A DNA stretch of 47,745 nucleotides, counting the filler, from Trypethelium eluteriae (taxonomy: Eukaryota): assembly GCA_051942245.1 (NCBI GenBank). It is 2 parts of 2 records of this genome, joined end to end, with 100 filler letters (N's around TTAATTAATTAA, not from the genome) between each part and the next. Parts side by side here need not be neighbours in the genome. Positions count along the whole stretch, not along the records: positions 1 to 23,842 come from JAVECL010000414.1; 1 more part is not named here. The stretch is one strand, 5' to 3'. Positions 1 to 12,821 of this stretch are shown piece by piece (the first letter of the stretch is position 1; each line of letters starts with the position of its first letter). A program made the translations under genes and the position numbers. Under the pieces are notes generated by a model that saw nothing but the letters and a program-made list of their open reading frames with translations, was not told the origin of the DNA and did no database searches.

Positions 1-226
1 TTGCAGATGTGAGGGACGGGGAAGGGACACGGGCGAGCGTACAGCTGGGTCCTTCGGGGTAGCCGGGGACGGTGGCAGCGAGGTAGACTTTGTAGGTGCT
101 GGAGTCGGCGTTGGAGTAGGTGATACTGGCGGAAGTGTCTCCGGTGATGGAGCTCGCCACAGTGATATTGCTCAACGCTTGAGCAACTCGTATAACGAGG
201 GGCAGGAAGCTAAAGAGGACTTTCAT
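1..226 (-). CDS. Secreted Ser/Thr-rich protein, 5' part only (runs off the window start)
   Basis: ATG at 226 (minus) opens MKVLFSFLPLVIRVAQALSNITVASSITGDTSASITYSNADSSTYKVYLAATVPGYPEGPS. It has a signal-peptide-like N-terminus and C-ending codon bias. It is absent from the ORF track because there is no stop in the window. Confidence 0.65.
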   Translation of the reverse strand, partial: MKVLFSFLPLVIRVAQALSNITVASSITGDTSASITYSNADSSTYKVYLAATVPGYPEGPSCTLARVPSPSLTSA

Positions 227-785
227 GCTTGCGGAAAGCGCCTCTCGACACTGGAGAATGAGCTGCTTTGGTGTTGGAGTCGACGAAAGAGGAAGCGATG
301 GGGTAGATCGATATGTCGAGAACAGGTATGACTGTGGGCTGGAGGAAGAGAGATTGGAAGGTGGGCGTGAGAGAGAGACGAGGATGCAATATATACAGCT
401 GCCATCAACCGCCTCATCTCTGCAACCGAGCAAATAGAGTAGGCGGACTGAAAGAGGAAATCGCCATGCGCCACTCGTCTCACAAGTTCAACAATGCTCC
501 GACCAAAATGGATGCGATTCTGCCATGGAGTAGGTAAAGTTGCATCACCTTGATGTAACTGCGAGCCACAAACTATTCCTGTTCCTGAAAGCTTGGCTGC
601 AGATGCGGCGCGGGTACCCTCTTCTGGAATGTATACTTTGTGTATTGGTAGTGTGGGAAGTACATGTTGAACGCCACGTCCAAAAGCATGGCTGTACAAT
701 TCTGAACGTTTGCTAGTCTATGTCTATATACACCGCTCGTTACCCATGACTAGTCTCAATGTGGACTATTGTCCAACGTCACGTC

Positions 786-2866
786 TCAGTTAATCGTACT
801 ATTCGCAGCTGCGACGGGACAATTCGGCACGTTCTTCTGCCAAGCTGGGGCAGTCTTGGCATATTCTGGCAGGTAGCTATTCGTTGTGAACGTCTTGGGT
901 AAGTAATAGGACACGTCCGCCATCGTGTAGTTTCCTCCGACCTGACTCAATGCACTTATAACGTCGGAGGCAATGAAGTCAAGAAAAATCAAGTCAACAA
1001 TCGAAGGATCACTACCATCTGTAGGGAAAGACGCATTGGCTTGCAGGTCATTGGGCTGGTTGTAGTATGGTATTGAACTATGCGGGGTATCGTCACCATC
1101 TGAGCCAAAGTCGTCGATAGTAGTGTAACCCGGCGTCAAACCGGTGTTCTGACGACGTATGACACCAGGAGAGCCACTCAAAGCAGATCGAGAACGTATC
1201 GCATGGTTGTGATGCACAGGCGGATTGATGCAGATATCCGTCTCGATGCCGCTTAGAGGCGTGAAAGCAAAATCCCGAGTCGTGAGATCGCGCTTCTCGT
1301 ACGGTCCGGCATTGAGGATCTCCAGAACCTGGCTAGCCTCCGAGTAGGGTACGTCTGGAATGAATTGGAAGGCATCGTCAAAGGGAGAAACAATAAAAGA
1401 ATCATCGTATGTGAATGGTCCTTCGATAAGGTCGTACCTTACACTGCCCGTATTAATGATGATTATCCGAGCATTGTCCGCGCGGGTCTGATTAATAACG
1501 GTCGCCGATAGCGCAGTTGCGAGAAGACTGTATATATTGTTCTCACTCTGGAAAGGTGCACAGCTAGCACACCACGTCTGAGGAGCGCAACCGTAAAGAC
1601 TGCTTAGATTGAGTTGCTGGCGAATGGCAGTTATATCGTCAGTCACGAAGTCGCCCTTTCGAGTGTTGAACGTGGTAGACTGGCTACCGGTGGAGTGATA
1701 TGCAAATGTCAAGCGATTCCAATCAAGATAACGGCGAAAGTATCGAAGGGATGAGGGCGTCTTTGACATGGGATAGCTGCCATTCACGATACCACTGGCA
1801 ACAGGGACAGCTGGCTGAGTCGGATTTGGATAATTGCTTGGATTCTTCGCAGTAGACTGATTGAAGCCGCTCATTGAGAACCAACCAAGAGTCTCGCAGT
1901 ACCGTCCTGCATCTGGTCAATACAGCGATTGTAAGTGGACATCAGTGTAATCTTACCAGACTCGAGACCAGTTGTCTTGTCGTCATATACTGCGAAATCC
2001 CGGACATGTGTGTGACCTCCAAAGATCTGGATAGGGATATCCGGTCTAGCATTTCTAATTGCTGTAAAGATCGTGCCGAAAGTGCTAGCATCATTGGTTG
2101 GCCTTGCTGGGTTGTGTCCCAGAACCACAAACAGGTCTATGGGCTGGTCAAAGTTGACAGCATTCTTGAACCATTGCTCTTGAATAAGGTCTGCAGCCTT
2201 GATAATCTTAGATACATTACTATTACCAGTAAAGTCATACAAGATACCAAAAGACATGATACGCAGGCCATGCGCTGTCGTGAAATATCTGTATTGCTGA
2301 CCAATGTATTCGAATTGGCCTGTGGACGGATTGATGATTTGGACGTTGCTTGTGAGATATTTGTCGCCGTAGATCTTAGAGAAATTATTGAAGGTCTCGT
2401 AGGCAACTTCCGTAACGTAGAGCTCATGATTTCCAATGGTCAGGAGATCGTAGTTCACATTCTCAAAGACCGGATTTGATAGCAATCCGTCTGGGCTGGT
2501 CGAGTCGCTGAGCCCTGTACCATCATGCAAGTCACCGGTGTCGATCAATAGCAAGTCTACACTCATGTTTGTAGCCATTTGCCTCATGTGCTTTACAAAG
2601 CTCACGTAGTCCCCCCAGTCAGCACTGTATGTTGATTGCTTAAGATGGCCTAGGAGCCAGCCATGCGTATCTGTAGTATGTAGTACGTTTAGCTGCCCCC
2701 AGGCAAGTGGTCCTTTTGGCACGGTCGTCGCTCCTGTAGCTCCAGGTTGCATTCTTCGCACATTACGTGTAAGAACAACATCGTCTTGAGGTCCGTAGCA
2801 GCTGGAGCAGGCTAGGCCAGCAGGAAGCAGTGCAGTAAGGAGATGAACGCAAACCCGTAAATGCAT
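786..2866 (-). CDS. Secreted/vacuolar calcineurin-like metallophosphoesterase, 5'-nucleotidase family (yeast YHR202W-like); 2 exons
   Basis: Metallophosphoesterase motifs HTTDTHGW, DTGDLHDG, IGNHE, GH and GGHTH. Signal peptide MHLRVCVHLLTALLPAGLA. A 50-nt GT-AG intron (1907-1956) joins GLES-GRYCETLGW and fuses ORFs 1871..2890 and 786..1874. Confidence 0.9.
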
Positions 2867-3228
2867 CTTGTGGGTAAAGTCGAACACCAAGTCCCGGCAG
2901 AATCAGGTAAGATTGAGTTGGCTGTCCAGAGCCTCTTATGTATGCCGGGGGGGCTGCGCTCCCCAGCATCCGATAGCTTTCGATCTGCAGCCCTAACATC
3001 TCCACGAGGTCGAATGTCTGACAAGAAAATGTGTAGTGTCAGTTCCTGAGAGTTGCAGGTTTTTGAACCAATTGTTTGGCACGTGGAAATCGATGGCTGA
3101 GCGTGCTTTAGCATTTTCGGCAGGTCGTTGAGCACGGGTAGGTGGGTAGATCGAGAGCGGCCGACGCACGTCCTTATTGGCCCAGCAAATCTTCTAAAAG
3201 CCCTGACCATTCCATGTCTCAAATTATA

Positions 3229-3252
3229 AGTTGAGGAACCCCCCAGCCGCGG
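3229..3252. mobile_element. Solo terminal-inverted-repeat fragment of the MITE family found at 17966 and 19471
   Basis: AGTTGAGGAACCCCCCAGCCGCGG followed by TA matches the right end of both full MITE copies. Confidence 0.75.
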
Positions 3253-3957
3253 TATGCAACTTCGTCTATGCCGTGATGTCTTGGTGCGAGATGAGCATTG
3301 GTAGATTTAAATATGTAGCAGAATGATATTGAGCGCGGCTCTAGTCCAGCGCATCTACGGTAATGACAGTCATCGTACGCTAAAGACAGTATTATTTTCC
3401 TTCGCGAAAATGCAAAACCCTAGATTCGCCGATTTCAAGGACCAAGTCTCCGCCAGATAGTTGCCACTGCTTGTATGCAGATGTCTTCAGACCAGAAGAA
3501 CCCATATCAGATCCATTTCAGAGATCCACCTCAGCAAGCACGTATAAAGGAATCTCTGACCGGCTCGGTCCAGACGCGCCATGTCGCCAGATATCCTTAT
3601 CATTCAATAATTTCATCAAACGGAACGTCTGCATCGTCGACGAGAAAGATGTACACTCGTTCAAATGCAGGAAAATGAATATGATGCAATAGGACGAATG
3701 CCAAAGCGGGAGTGCTGTAGCGGCGCTTAGCTGTGCAGAAACAAAAGAAACTCCAAACTCAAGATGAACGCCTTGCTACGTAATGCTTAACGCGTGAGCG
3801 AGTTGTCGTGGTTGGATCTTGATGTCGTCTAGACGCGTGAAACGTGAGGCGAAAGAGGAAGCGGTGTGAAGGTCGTAACGGTAGGGAGGTTTTTCAAAAA
3901 TGGTTGGGTCATTTTGCGTTTGTTTTTTGTTTTTTGGTTGAGATATAGGAGGAGCTG

Positions 3958-4953
3958 TTATTCGTTGTCTTCTTCGTCTTCGACACGCCTTCTTTTACCC
4001 TTCGGGGGCGGATCCAGAGGAGTCCGACTATAAGTCACGGTCCTCGTGACAACCTGTCTGACACTGACTCTTGAAGTTCCACTACCTGTAACAGGTGGAG
4101 AGGCAATTTGGCCTTGAGTTTCTCGGTCCCTGGGACTCATCGCGTTCGCGCTCCAAGGACCAGCAGAGGTATTGTACGGAGACATTGTCGCGGAATATGG
4201 GCTCATGGTAGAGCCGAAAGGACTTTGAATACTGCGTGCGCTTCGGGCGCCACCGGAAAGTGGCGAGGGTACGGATGGTGAGTAAGGTGACGAAACGCCA
4301 GGGATATGCATATGGAGAGGGGTGCCTCGAGGCGTTCTTCTCGCCGAGGCAGGGCGCGAGAATGCCCCAGAAGAGGTCGGCGGAATCTGGATGGGATGCG
4401 GTATTTCCGGACGGGTGGTGGACGTTGATGTGTTGGAGCGAGGACGGGACGTGTTGCTCTGCATAGGTGTTGGAGCACTTGCTGTACTTGTGGCGCTGAC
4501 AGCACTACTGGTCGTAGTCGAAGTAGCAGCACTATCTGCGCTTTCGGTAGAGACGTTGCGAGATAAGGGAGGGTGAGTTGCCGCTGGCTCTGGTCTGGAA
4601 TCGGGTGGCGATGCCGCAGCTGCTGCATCATCCGACGTTGATGTACTGGGGCGCTCGGTAGTGCTCGCCTTGGGAGTCTCTGTAGTCTTCCCCTTCTCAA
4701 CTCTTCCACCTTCATTGATAGGGAACTTCTGGCTCGAGCCTGTGGCCAGTGGGCTCATCAGAGTCGGTGACAATGCCTTTAGAAAATCGACATAGGCAGC
4801 TGGGGGAGTGATTGGTGTCTTCATATCCTCCTCACGTTTGATGAAGGTCGGGGTGCCAACGAGAGGACTTCTTAGCTCTGAAGGATAGGTAGCTGAGACT
4901 GGAGTGTCCAGCGCCGGAGGCCTGGTAGCAATGGTAGCTGCTGCAGCCGCCAT
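3958..4953 (-). CDS. Hypothetical protein, Ser/Thr/Pro-rich and predicted disordered, with basic C-terminal NLS-like motif
   Basis: 331-aa ORF with ATG in good context (GACCATGG). Motifs KTPITPPAAYVDFLK and VRQVVTRTVTYSRTPLDPPPKGKRRR. Probable 5'UTR intron at about 5089-5189 (GTCAGT...GCTGACCAG). Confidence 0.8.
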   Translation of the reverse strand: MAAAAATIATRPPALDTPVSATYPSELRSPLVGTPTFIKREEDMKTPITPPAAYVDFLKALSPTLMSPLATGSSQKFPINEGGRVEKGKTTETPKASTTERPSTSTSDDAAAAASPPDSRPEPAATHPPLSRNVSTESADSAATSTTTSSAVSATSTASAPTPMQSNTSRPRSNTSTSTTRPEIPHPIQIPPTSSGAFSRPASARRTPRGTPLHMHIPGVSSPYSPSVPSPLSGGARSARSIQSPFGSTMSPYSATMSPYNTSAGPWSANAMSPRDRETQGQIASPPVTGSGTSRVSVRQVVTRTVTYSRTPLDPPPKGKRRRVEDEEDNE

Positions 4954-6698
4954 GGTCGCTTCCTCGGCCTCGATTGACTTTCGCTTGAGTGACGCCGTGG
5001 TGAAGGACGGGCAGAGGCGAGAAGAGATGGAAGGAAGAGAGCGGTATTTGAACGAGTGACTAGGCAGTGCCAGCTAAAGCATGCCAGACTGGTCAGCTTG
5101 ATTGAGCTCTGGAAAAGGCTGCGGCGACGGAGAAGGCGTTGGAGGCGAGCGGCAAGGCTTGAAGAAAAGAAAGGTAGAGGCGTACTGACCTTGACGGAAT
5201 TATGAGAGAAGGAACGAATGTAACTATTTTGGGAGATATTTGGGCGTGTTTCGAACCAGCGCCTACAGCCCAGCAAGGTTTGTAAGGAATGGACGGCGCA
5301 GCGACCAGATGCGTGACGCCGTGAAGCAGCCTCAAGCAGCGCTCGCACCACCAAGAAAGCGTCGAGGAGCGAGTCAGAGACGAATACGGCGCGTGGGTGA
5401 AGGCAAGCAGCCGCCGGAGCTAGGACCGATGCAGGGAATCGTCAAGGCCTCTGGCGGTTTCGTTTCGGCTGCTCCCAATTGGCTGAAGCTGCTTCGATCG
5501 TGCCTGCCGCGGGTCAGAAACGTTGGCCTTGGGCGCTAAACTCGCGTTTGGCTCTCAGGGTCCAGAGCTGCGATTGGCTGCCACCCCTGCTGCCCTTGCA
5601 AACGCAAGACAGAATCAGGACGGCAGACTGCAATCCTGCCTCATCCATTCGCGCCGCAAACACCACCGCTGCCTGGCCGGTTGTGACTCGGCTTCACGTC
5701 GTGCAGCTGGCAGCCTACCCCATCTCTCAACTCAAGGATGTGATTGGACCTGCTTACCGACGGTATTTAACGGCCAATGTGCACTTGCACTGCTGTAGCT
5801 CCAGAAATTGCCGGAAAGAGCGTGATTTGGGGTCTTGCTGCTCTGGTAGGCTTCCACTTGTTTCAAGGCACGATAATATCTTCGGATCGAGTGTAGAGCC
5901 GTGCGTCCTCTTGATGGATCGACCCACCACGTTGCTGATCCCCAGAGTGGCGGTTTGACGATGCGGGAAGGAGGCACCACAACGGCTCTTCCCTCGCTGA
6001 CACTGCTAGACCAAGGAGCCAATTCAAGATTGACGAGCTGATGTGGGATCTGCGTGCCTTGTGCTCAGTCCAAGTCTTCGGTATCGAAAGCTGAATGGAC
6101 GGCGTAGCAGATGCAAGCGATGCAATGGAAGAACAAGTTGGACTCTGCTGATGCTCCCATGCGCTCTTCGAGGCACAACGCACCTCTTATCCTCAGACAC
6201 GACTTCCATAGCCGTCGTCATCGGCCGCGCGCGCTTCTACGAATGGTACATTTCGAGCTCCATAGGACCGTGCCAATGTCCGAGAGCATTCTGAGCGCTT
6301 TCAGAATGGACGTTGTTTGGCAGGTATCAAGCCATTAACGTCGCGCGCGTCACGAGATCAGCGGTACGCCATGTTCTAAATCTGGCAGCGCTTGCATGCT
6401 CCACAGGATTGCGGGAGCATATCCTGGGTACCACATGGCGTTGCGCTCACCGATCTTCCCAGGGCTAAAACGAATAAGTCAGACTGGAACCGCGAAGGGC
6501 GTAACGCTTGCAAGTGCAGAATCTTTGGGGAAATGGCGTCCAATCAGCGGTGAGCAGAGGAACCAAACGTTTGGAGACCATTTTGAAACAAATAGAATAT
6601 AGGAAATCCTTCGATTTCATGACTCGATTTTGGTCTTCTTAAATGCCGTGGGTATCTTTGAATCAGACGAAAATAAACCTGCACAGCCCTAGCGAGCC

Positions 6699-9214
6699 TC
6701 AAGACAATGAATCATTCGCTCCATAACCAACAACTTCGTCGCCTACCTTTACCACAGGATTCTGCTTCCAAGGGTCCGAAGAATGGCCCCCTTTGCTCGA
6801 GTCAAACATCGCAAGACTTCCAAATTCAATTCGTCCGTGCTTACTCTTTCGAGTCTGCGCAAGAGTATGAAGTGGTTCTTTAGACCTTTTGCCTGTTTGC
6901 TGGTCCACGCAAACAACCTGGCACCGCATGCAGGGGCCAATGATCTGAAAGAAGTAATGGCCGCCAACTCTTATGTACGAAAAGCAATCCTCAATATACG
7001 GCATTGAACATTGCATCCCTAGCCTGTCCCTAGCGAGCACAATATTCGCGCGGAACACGTCAGCTGAAGCAGGTTTGCCCCCCTTCCTCGCAATCTCCTT
7101 GTTGAGTTCATCCAAGGAGGACTGGAAGATGATCAAAAGGGGTGCGTCGTTTGCCAATGTGCGAGTGGAGGAAGGCGTCAACGAGTCGTTCCTGTCTATC
7201 ACACCCTCGCTGAGTGCCGCCCGACCCGGCTCTTGGGCAGAACGACTACGGCATCTTGCGAGAGTGCAAGGCGTCCCAGCGACATTCGTAAAAAAGTCTG
7301 CAATTGCTCTCGATCGATACACCCTCAGCGTCATGGGTCTGTCACAAACTGTTGCCTCGCGGGGATCCATCGACTCCACACCACTATGAAACTGCGTGGG
7401 ATCCTCTGAGAGGGGTACAGATATTCTCCCAGACTTCCTAGCTGTGTTCGTAATAATCAATCTGCCGCTGGCGACGTCGATCTGCGTGCTGATTGTGGCC
7501 AGCGTTGGGTACCTCTTTTGGCTCAGGGCTTCCCTGGTGCCTTGGTGTATTACACACCACTCTCGATCCCACTCTAGGCCCTCCTCTGTGACAGGCCATT
7601 CCACCGCCGGATCAATTCTGAAGCCACCGCAGCTCTTGATGGGATATACAGTGAGTAATGTAATTTGAAACCCGTGAATTGCTTCCTCGTCTAGTGATCT
7701 GCTCAATATAGTTTTGCTCATTTTTTCAATGAAATATTTGTCCACGAACATGTTTTTGAAAAATTCCACGTCTGCCATTGTACTCATAGCACCAAAGCTT
7801 ACTCGAACGACACCAGTGGGCTTGCCGTGCATGATGTCTTTGCCATTGCCGCATCGTTGTCCAGCAGAGAAATTCTCCCTCATCTCATGAGGCGCCAGGT
7901 GGAGGGCAGAGGCAACACCTCCAGGATTGCACAGGCCTCCGGTACGGAGGTGGATCCCAACATTGGCAGCAAGTTGTTCAACAGTGGTATTGGGTACCCA
8001 ACCGCCGGTATTTGTTTTGAAATTGAATGCTACGATAGGGCCTTGACGGGGTGCATCTAAATATAGACTGCTGTCATCCTGATCCACGCCGTACAGCATA
8101 CAAATCGGCATCCCGTTTGCGTGACGACTGCTGGCTAATGCTTTATGCAGAGCCTTCGCTAAAACATTGACGTGTCGCGAAATTTGCTCCACCGAACCAA
8201 ACAAAGCTTTATGCGCATTGAATGCGGCATCGAGCGCTATTATGTTATGGATCGGCAGAGTTCCGTCTTCCAGGGACTCATGTAGATTGTTTTTCTTGGC
8301 ATGCCACGCTTCTTTGAGACACACCACCATATCTACTGTACCACCGCCAAAGTACTTCCTGCGCGCGAGTATGTCACCCGACGAACGCTTTACAATGAGC
8401 GCCCCTAAATCGGGAAGCCCGAAGATCTTGCTAAAACTCACGGCCACGAAGTCTGGGGCATTTTTGGGGTCAAGAAGGTCCAATGGTGCAGTTGATGCGA
8501 AGGCTGCAGCATCAAGAAGCGTATAAGTCTTATGCACATCAGGCCAAGGGGAAGAGCGTATGTCTCTGGTCCAGGAAAGGGGCAGCCGTGTGCCATCCAT
8601 ATTTGACTGTGCTGGGTAAGCGAACAATCCAGGGATTGTCGAAGAGTCCATTCCTTTCCATAACTGAGTTCCCGAGGCAATCCATGAGTCGACCTCTGAG
8701 TTGGATGAGAAACAGTGATGGCTCTTCGCTTTTTCACGAAGGCCAATCAGGGAGGTGTGCGCAGACCTATGATAAGCATAGTTATAGCCTTCTGAATGGT
8801 CCTTGAAAGCTTCACCCACAAGCTTGATGGCGGCCGTGGCATTAGCAACGAAAACGAGATCGAAGTCATCTGGATTAGCATGAAACCAGCTGAGTGCTTG
8901 AAGACGAATCGAATCAATACGGCGCGTTGACTCCTGGGAAGACGCGGATACCGAGTGAGGGTTTCCGAACAAATTTGATGTTAAGTCAGCATAATACTTG
9001 TCCACAAGGGACTTTGAATATAAAGTTGTCCCAGCATGGTCAAGGTATGCTCCATCGGCTGGGACACAACATCAGCTATGATTCCACAAACATGGAACAG
9101 TATCCAATAAGACTACAAGACAGGGTATGTACACTCACACTGGAGCATTGGATATTCTCGAGCCCGGAGACCCTGGATATATGCATCGTATGCAGCCGAA
9201 TCATCAGGTGCCAT
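6699..9214 (-). CDS. hxB: Molybdenum cofactor sulfurase (NifS-like PLP domain plus MOSC_N/MOSC); 2 exons
   Basis: YLDHAGTTLY, GNPHS, SFSKIFGLPDLGAL (PLP lysine), EDGTL, LRTGGLCNPG, YPIKSCG, WDREWC, FRANI and CMRC. Exon 1 MAPDDSAAYDAYIQGLRAREYPMLQ starts at 9214, with an intron at about 9059-9138. Confidence 0.95.
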
Positions 9215-10695
9215 GAACCAGACTCAATGATAGGGCTCCAATGGAATTCGTAGTATTGTAGGAGAAGATCTGAAAAAGTGAAAGAAATGCCTTGAGTGCC
9301 ATCCAATCCCGTCCCTGACCCGATTGAAAATGCAGGTTTGGTGCCTCGACATTAGGGTCGTACGCTAAGTGAACGGCAATGATCTGACGTTTCGGACAGC
9401 GCCGAAGACCGGTGGATTTGCTTTGCTTCACAGGCCCGTGTATAAGGTAAAGGCATGCGCCGAAAGAGTGGCGCAAGAATTTCGATCTTTGGCAAGGCTG
9501 AAGTGACAGGACCCTACTCTGCTCAAGCGGGTGTCTGAGTCACTTGATGACTTTTTAATCGGTACAGCGAAAAGTCTCCACCGGCGCAAGCCAGTGCACT
9601 GACCCCTTCATATTTTTGGGGGCTACTGAGGCTACTAAGAAGATTCGCTCAAGAATGATGAAAATCAAATCAATGGCTACAGAATCTTTGTGGTCTAGTG
9701 TACCCGAAAACAATCTTCAGATCCTTGCTCTTCGGGATCAACACTGGTCAAGATATCCTCGACTATTCACGCAAGTTACCGAGTGCTCACCCTTGGTGTG
9801 CCGTAACGGCAAAATATGCAACTATCCTCAATTCGACTAGGTAGAGTCCTCTCAGGAGAAGTTAGAGTTTGGAAGATTCAGTTGAAGGAGAGGACCAATT
9901 CACGACCCAATTCTTTCGGATTGTTTGGAAATGGATGATATTCTATACTGCATGGAGTGGAGATTATATATCTGAAGACCCTCTGTCCCCATACCCCCTG
10001 CAGTATAAATCTGAAGCCGATTGATTCATGGTAAGAAGCACTCATACCAAGAGAGCGACGTCGTAAGGAAGCTTGCCTGCAGACCTGAAGCCGCAAAGCT
10101 GCGGAAGAAAGGCCCGGTAGCTGCACTGTGAGGTCGTTTGAATGGAAATTTTGCTTGCACAACGAGAGCGATATTGAAGTCGGACATATTGTATTATCCC
10201 GGCCGATAGAAGACGCAAAAGTAGAAAGGAAGATAAATACCTATGTAAGGATTTGTGGAGCGCAATTGCGCTGCTGTGTATGTTCGCTAGCGCGGCACGA
10301 AATGCATTAAAGAGTGCAACTTGCAGGTAGGAACACCACCTCCGCTGAGCATGACATTTAAACCTCTTGAGGGTAATACGGCCAAAGCTTCCTACCTTGC
10401 GATGATCACCCAATGTGACTGACTGCTCAATTCTCCACTCTAGTTTCCGACCACAGAATCTACGTCTTCATGGAGCATACCCAGAACCAACAACGTCTTG
10501 GCATTAATCCCTAAAGCTGATAAGATAAACACGACCGAACCCGCAGCTCATGTCCGACTGAATGCACCCGATCACTTCTGAACATCAGTCAGCGAAGCAG
10601 CCTCGTTGAAATTCTCCGATAAGCCTCACGCTGTGTCCTGAGCAGTGCAACGAGAGGCAGGCGGGACTTCAATCTCATCATATTAAATCGCAAAC

Positions 10696-11451
10696 ATGGC
10701 AAAGGCACAATCTTTCGCGACTTTCCTGATAATAGGACGTATGTAATCTAATCTCACGGCAATCTCTCCTCAATTAACTCTGCTCGCGAGCTAATCTTGC
10801 CCTCATCACCCAGCGACTTGTTTCTTCCTCGGCATCCTCTTCTGCATCTTCCCCTACGATTACCACGTCCTCTGGTCCGCCCCTCCATCCTCCTCTCCCT
10901 ACCCCGACGACCACTACCTCACCCTCCTCGAAAACCACCTCAAATTCCTCGCCTCCTCGCCCCCGCTCATCTCGCGCATCCTACACATCGTCATCGGCAC
11001 CGGCCTCCTCGGCTTCATCACCAAACTCTACAAGCCCTCCGAGGCGAACCTGCTCTTCGATGGCGCCAGCCTCGTCCTCTATATGTGCGGCGTCGTCGTC
11101 TACATCGCGAACATCGTGAAGGGCTTACGCGTCGTGATGGAAGGCACGTATGGCGCGCCACCAGAAGGGCGACAGGAAGGAGCCGATGCGCCCGTCGGCA
11201 CGTTCTCGACGCTGAGTGGGGAGGAGGGAGATTACATCGGGAGAGAGGACAGTCTGAAGGTGTTGGCGGCGAGCAATACGATTTTGGCGCTGGTGTTGGT
11301 GGGCGTGTTGGTGTTACAGGCTGGGCAGTGGTATGCGCAGAGGAAGGAGGAGGCGGAGATTGCGGAGATGGATCGCGTGAGGGAGGAGAAGCATAGGTCG
11401 GAGAGGGAAAAGGGTGATGTGTCGGAGAAGGGGAGGAAGAAGAAGCAGTAA
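10696..11451 (+). CDS. SHR3: ER membrane protein SH3, amino-acid permease chaperone; 2 exons
   Basis: The spliced product (intron 10739-10813) reads MAKAQSFATFLIIGPTCFFLGILFCIFPYDYHVLW...KLYKPSEANLLFDGASLVLY...LKVLAASNTILALVLVGVLVLQAGQWYA, followed by a charged tail. This is typical of Shr3. Confidence 0.9.
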
Positions 11452-11880
11452 AGGGGGCTTGCGATTGGAAAAATGGCCGAGGATGGGTGTGGGAATGTCG
11501 CGGTTATGAACTATACGGGTAGCCGAGTGCGTTCACTGTTCGTTGGGTCATGTTCCTCTATAAATTCACATTCGAAGAGATTGCAGTATTGATCAAGCGT
11601 CAGACCCTTTACCAGTTCGAGCCCCAGACTCGGAGACATTGGAGGTGGCCGATATTTCTACCTTAACATGTTGGAGAGCCCCTGGACAAATTCTCGGAAA
11701 GAGTGGCTTTGCACGAGGATCAAAAGGAGCGAATGGGCGAAGATATAGGGAGATTCAAGACGAGCCCTCTATGGAGCACAGTAATCGTATTTCTGTTTGA
11801 CATAAAGTAGAGAAGACTTCGGCGAGAATTTGGGTTACCTCAATATCCTCAGGCCACGGCCAATAAAGGGAAAGGAAGAG

Positions 11881-12821
11881 TCAATTCTCCTTCCGTTGCT
11901 CCTCTTCTGTTTTCGCAACTGACCCTTTCAACCATCTATATTGGCTCAAATCTCCAACTGGAAGCTGGATCGGAAAGTCTACTGCCGCGGCCATCTGCGA
12001 GGTGAAAATGTACCATACAGATACGCAAAAGGTAAATGTTGTTGCACCTCCGGTGAGCTGCAGACGTGATCCTGTGACAGTCTGTTCTTCCGCGTTGTAC
12101 CAGAACGCTGCTGCATTGACACAATAGGTACACCCCAGCATTAGCAAAGTGAAGACGAGGGTAATATTCACTTTTAATGCCAAGACCATGTAGAAAAACG
12201 TCAGCAGTCCCATGAATAGAAACCAGAACGCCAAAGACGCCATATACGCCGGTGTTTTCATGCCTTCCAGCTGGCTCGCCGCATCAGCAGCGCCCGGGTT
12301 TGACGAATAGAAGCCAGCGGTATTGTAAAAAGGCTGTAGGGACGTCCCGTACGAGAGCCAAAACGCGCCGTATGTATTCAACACAACGCAGATGAACGTA
12401 TTTCCGAGAATCCACTCCATTATACCTCCAACTATTTGAAGCATGCCACCCATGAATATGATAGGACCGGTCGAGGCTGCTCCGTTGCCGCCAGCGCCTC
12501 TCCATCCCATAGTGTCGCATGCGAATGCGGTGGTGGCCAGCAAGAATCCACAAAGAGCCCTGAAAAGTATTAGCAAATGTCCTCAACCATTCGAATTAAT
12601 GAAAAGGCATACAGTGGAGTAGGATTGGCGAAAGTATTTCTTAATTGCCCTTTTACTCTGACTTCAGGGTTAAGATACAACCTCTCGAATAATGCCGGGT
12701 CGATCGTGATACTCCCACTCGTCCGAGCCTTGTGAAGGAGATTCTGTGCATGATCCTGGACTTCGGTGGCTGCCCGCTCGAGGCGATTGCTTGGGCCTCC
12801 GTTACGGTCGTTCATCGCCAT
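11881..12821 (-). CDS. GPR1/FUN34/YaaH (Ato/SatP) acetate transporter family; 2 exons
   Basis: Signature FANPTPL followed by an intron (about 12561-12613) and then ALCGFLL. Also GGMLQIVGGIMEWILGNTF, YGAFWLSYG, LPVGDL and about six hydrophobic helices. Confidence 0.9.

Noticed and set aside
4872..6602. Many overlapping 65-160 aa ORFs
   Set aside because: No motifs or codon bias; consistent with GC-rich promoter and UTR sequence upstream of the 3958-4953 gene.
9616..10450. Faint BTB-protein-like fragments (FFRIVWKWMIFYT, GNT...S.L)
   Set aside because: Too degenerate to build a consistent reading frame; could be chance.
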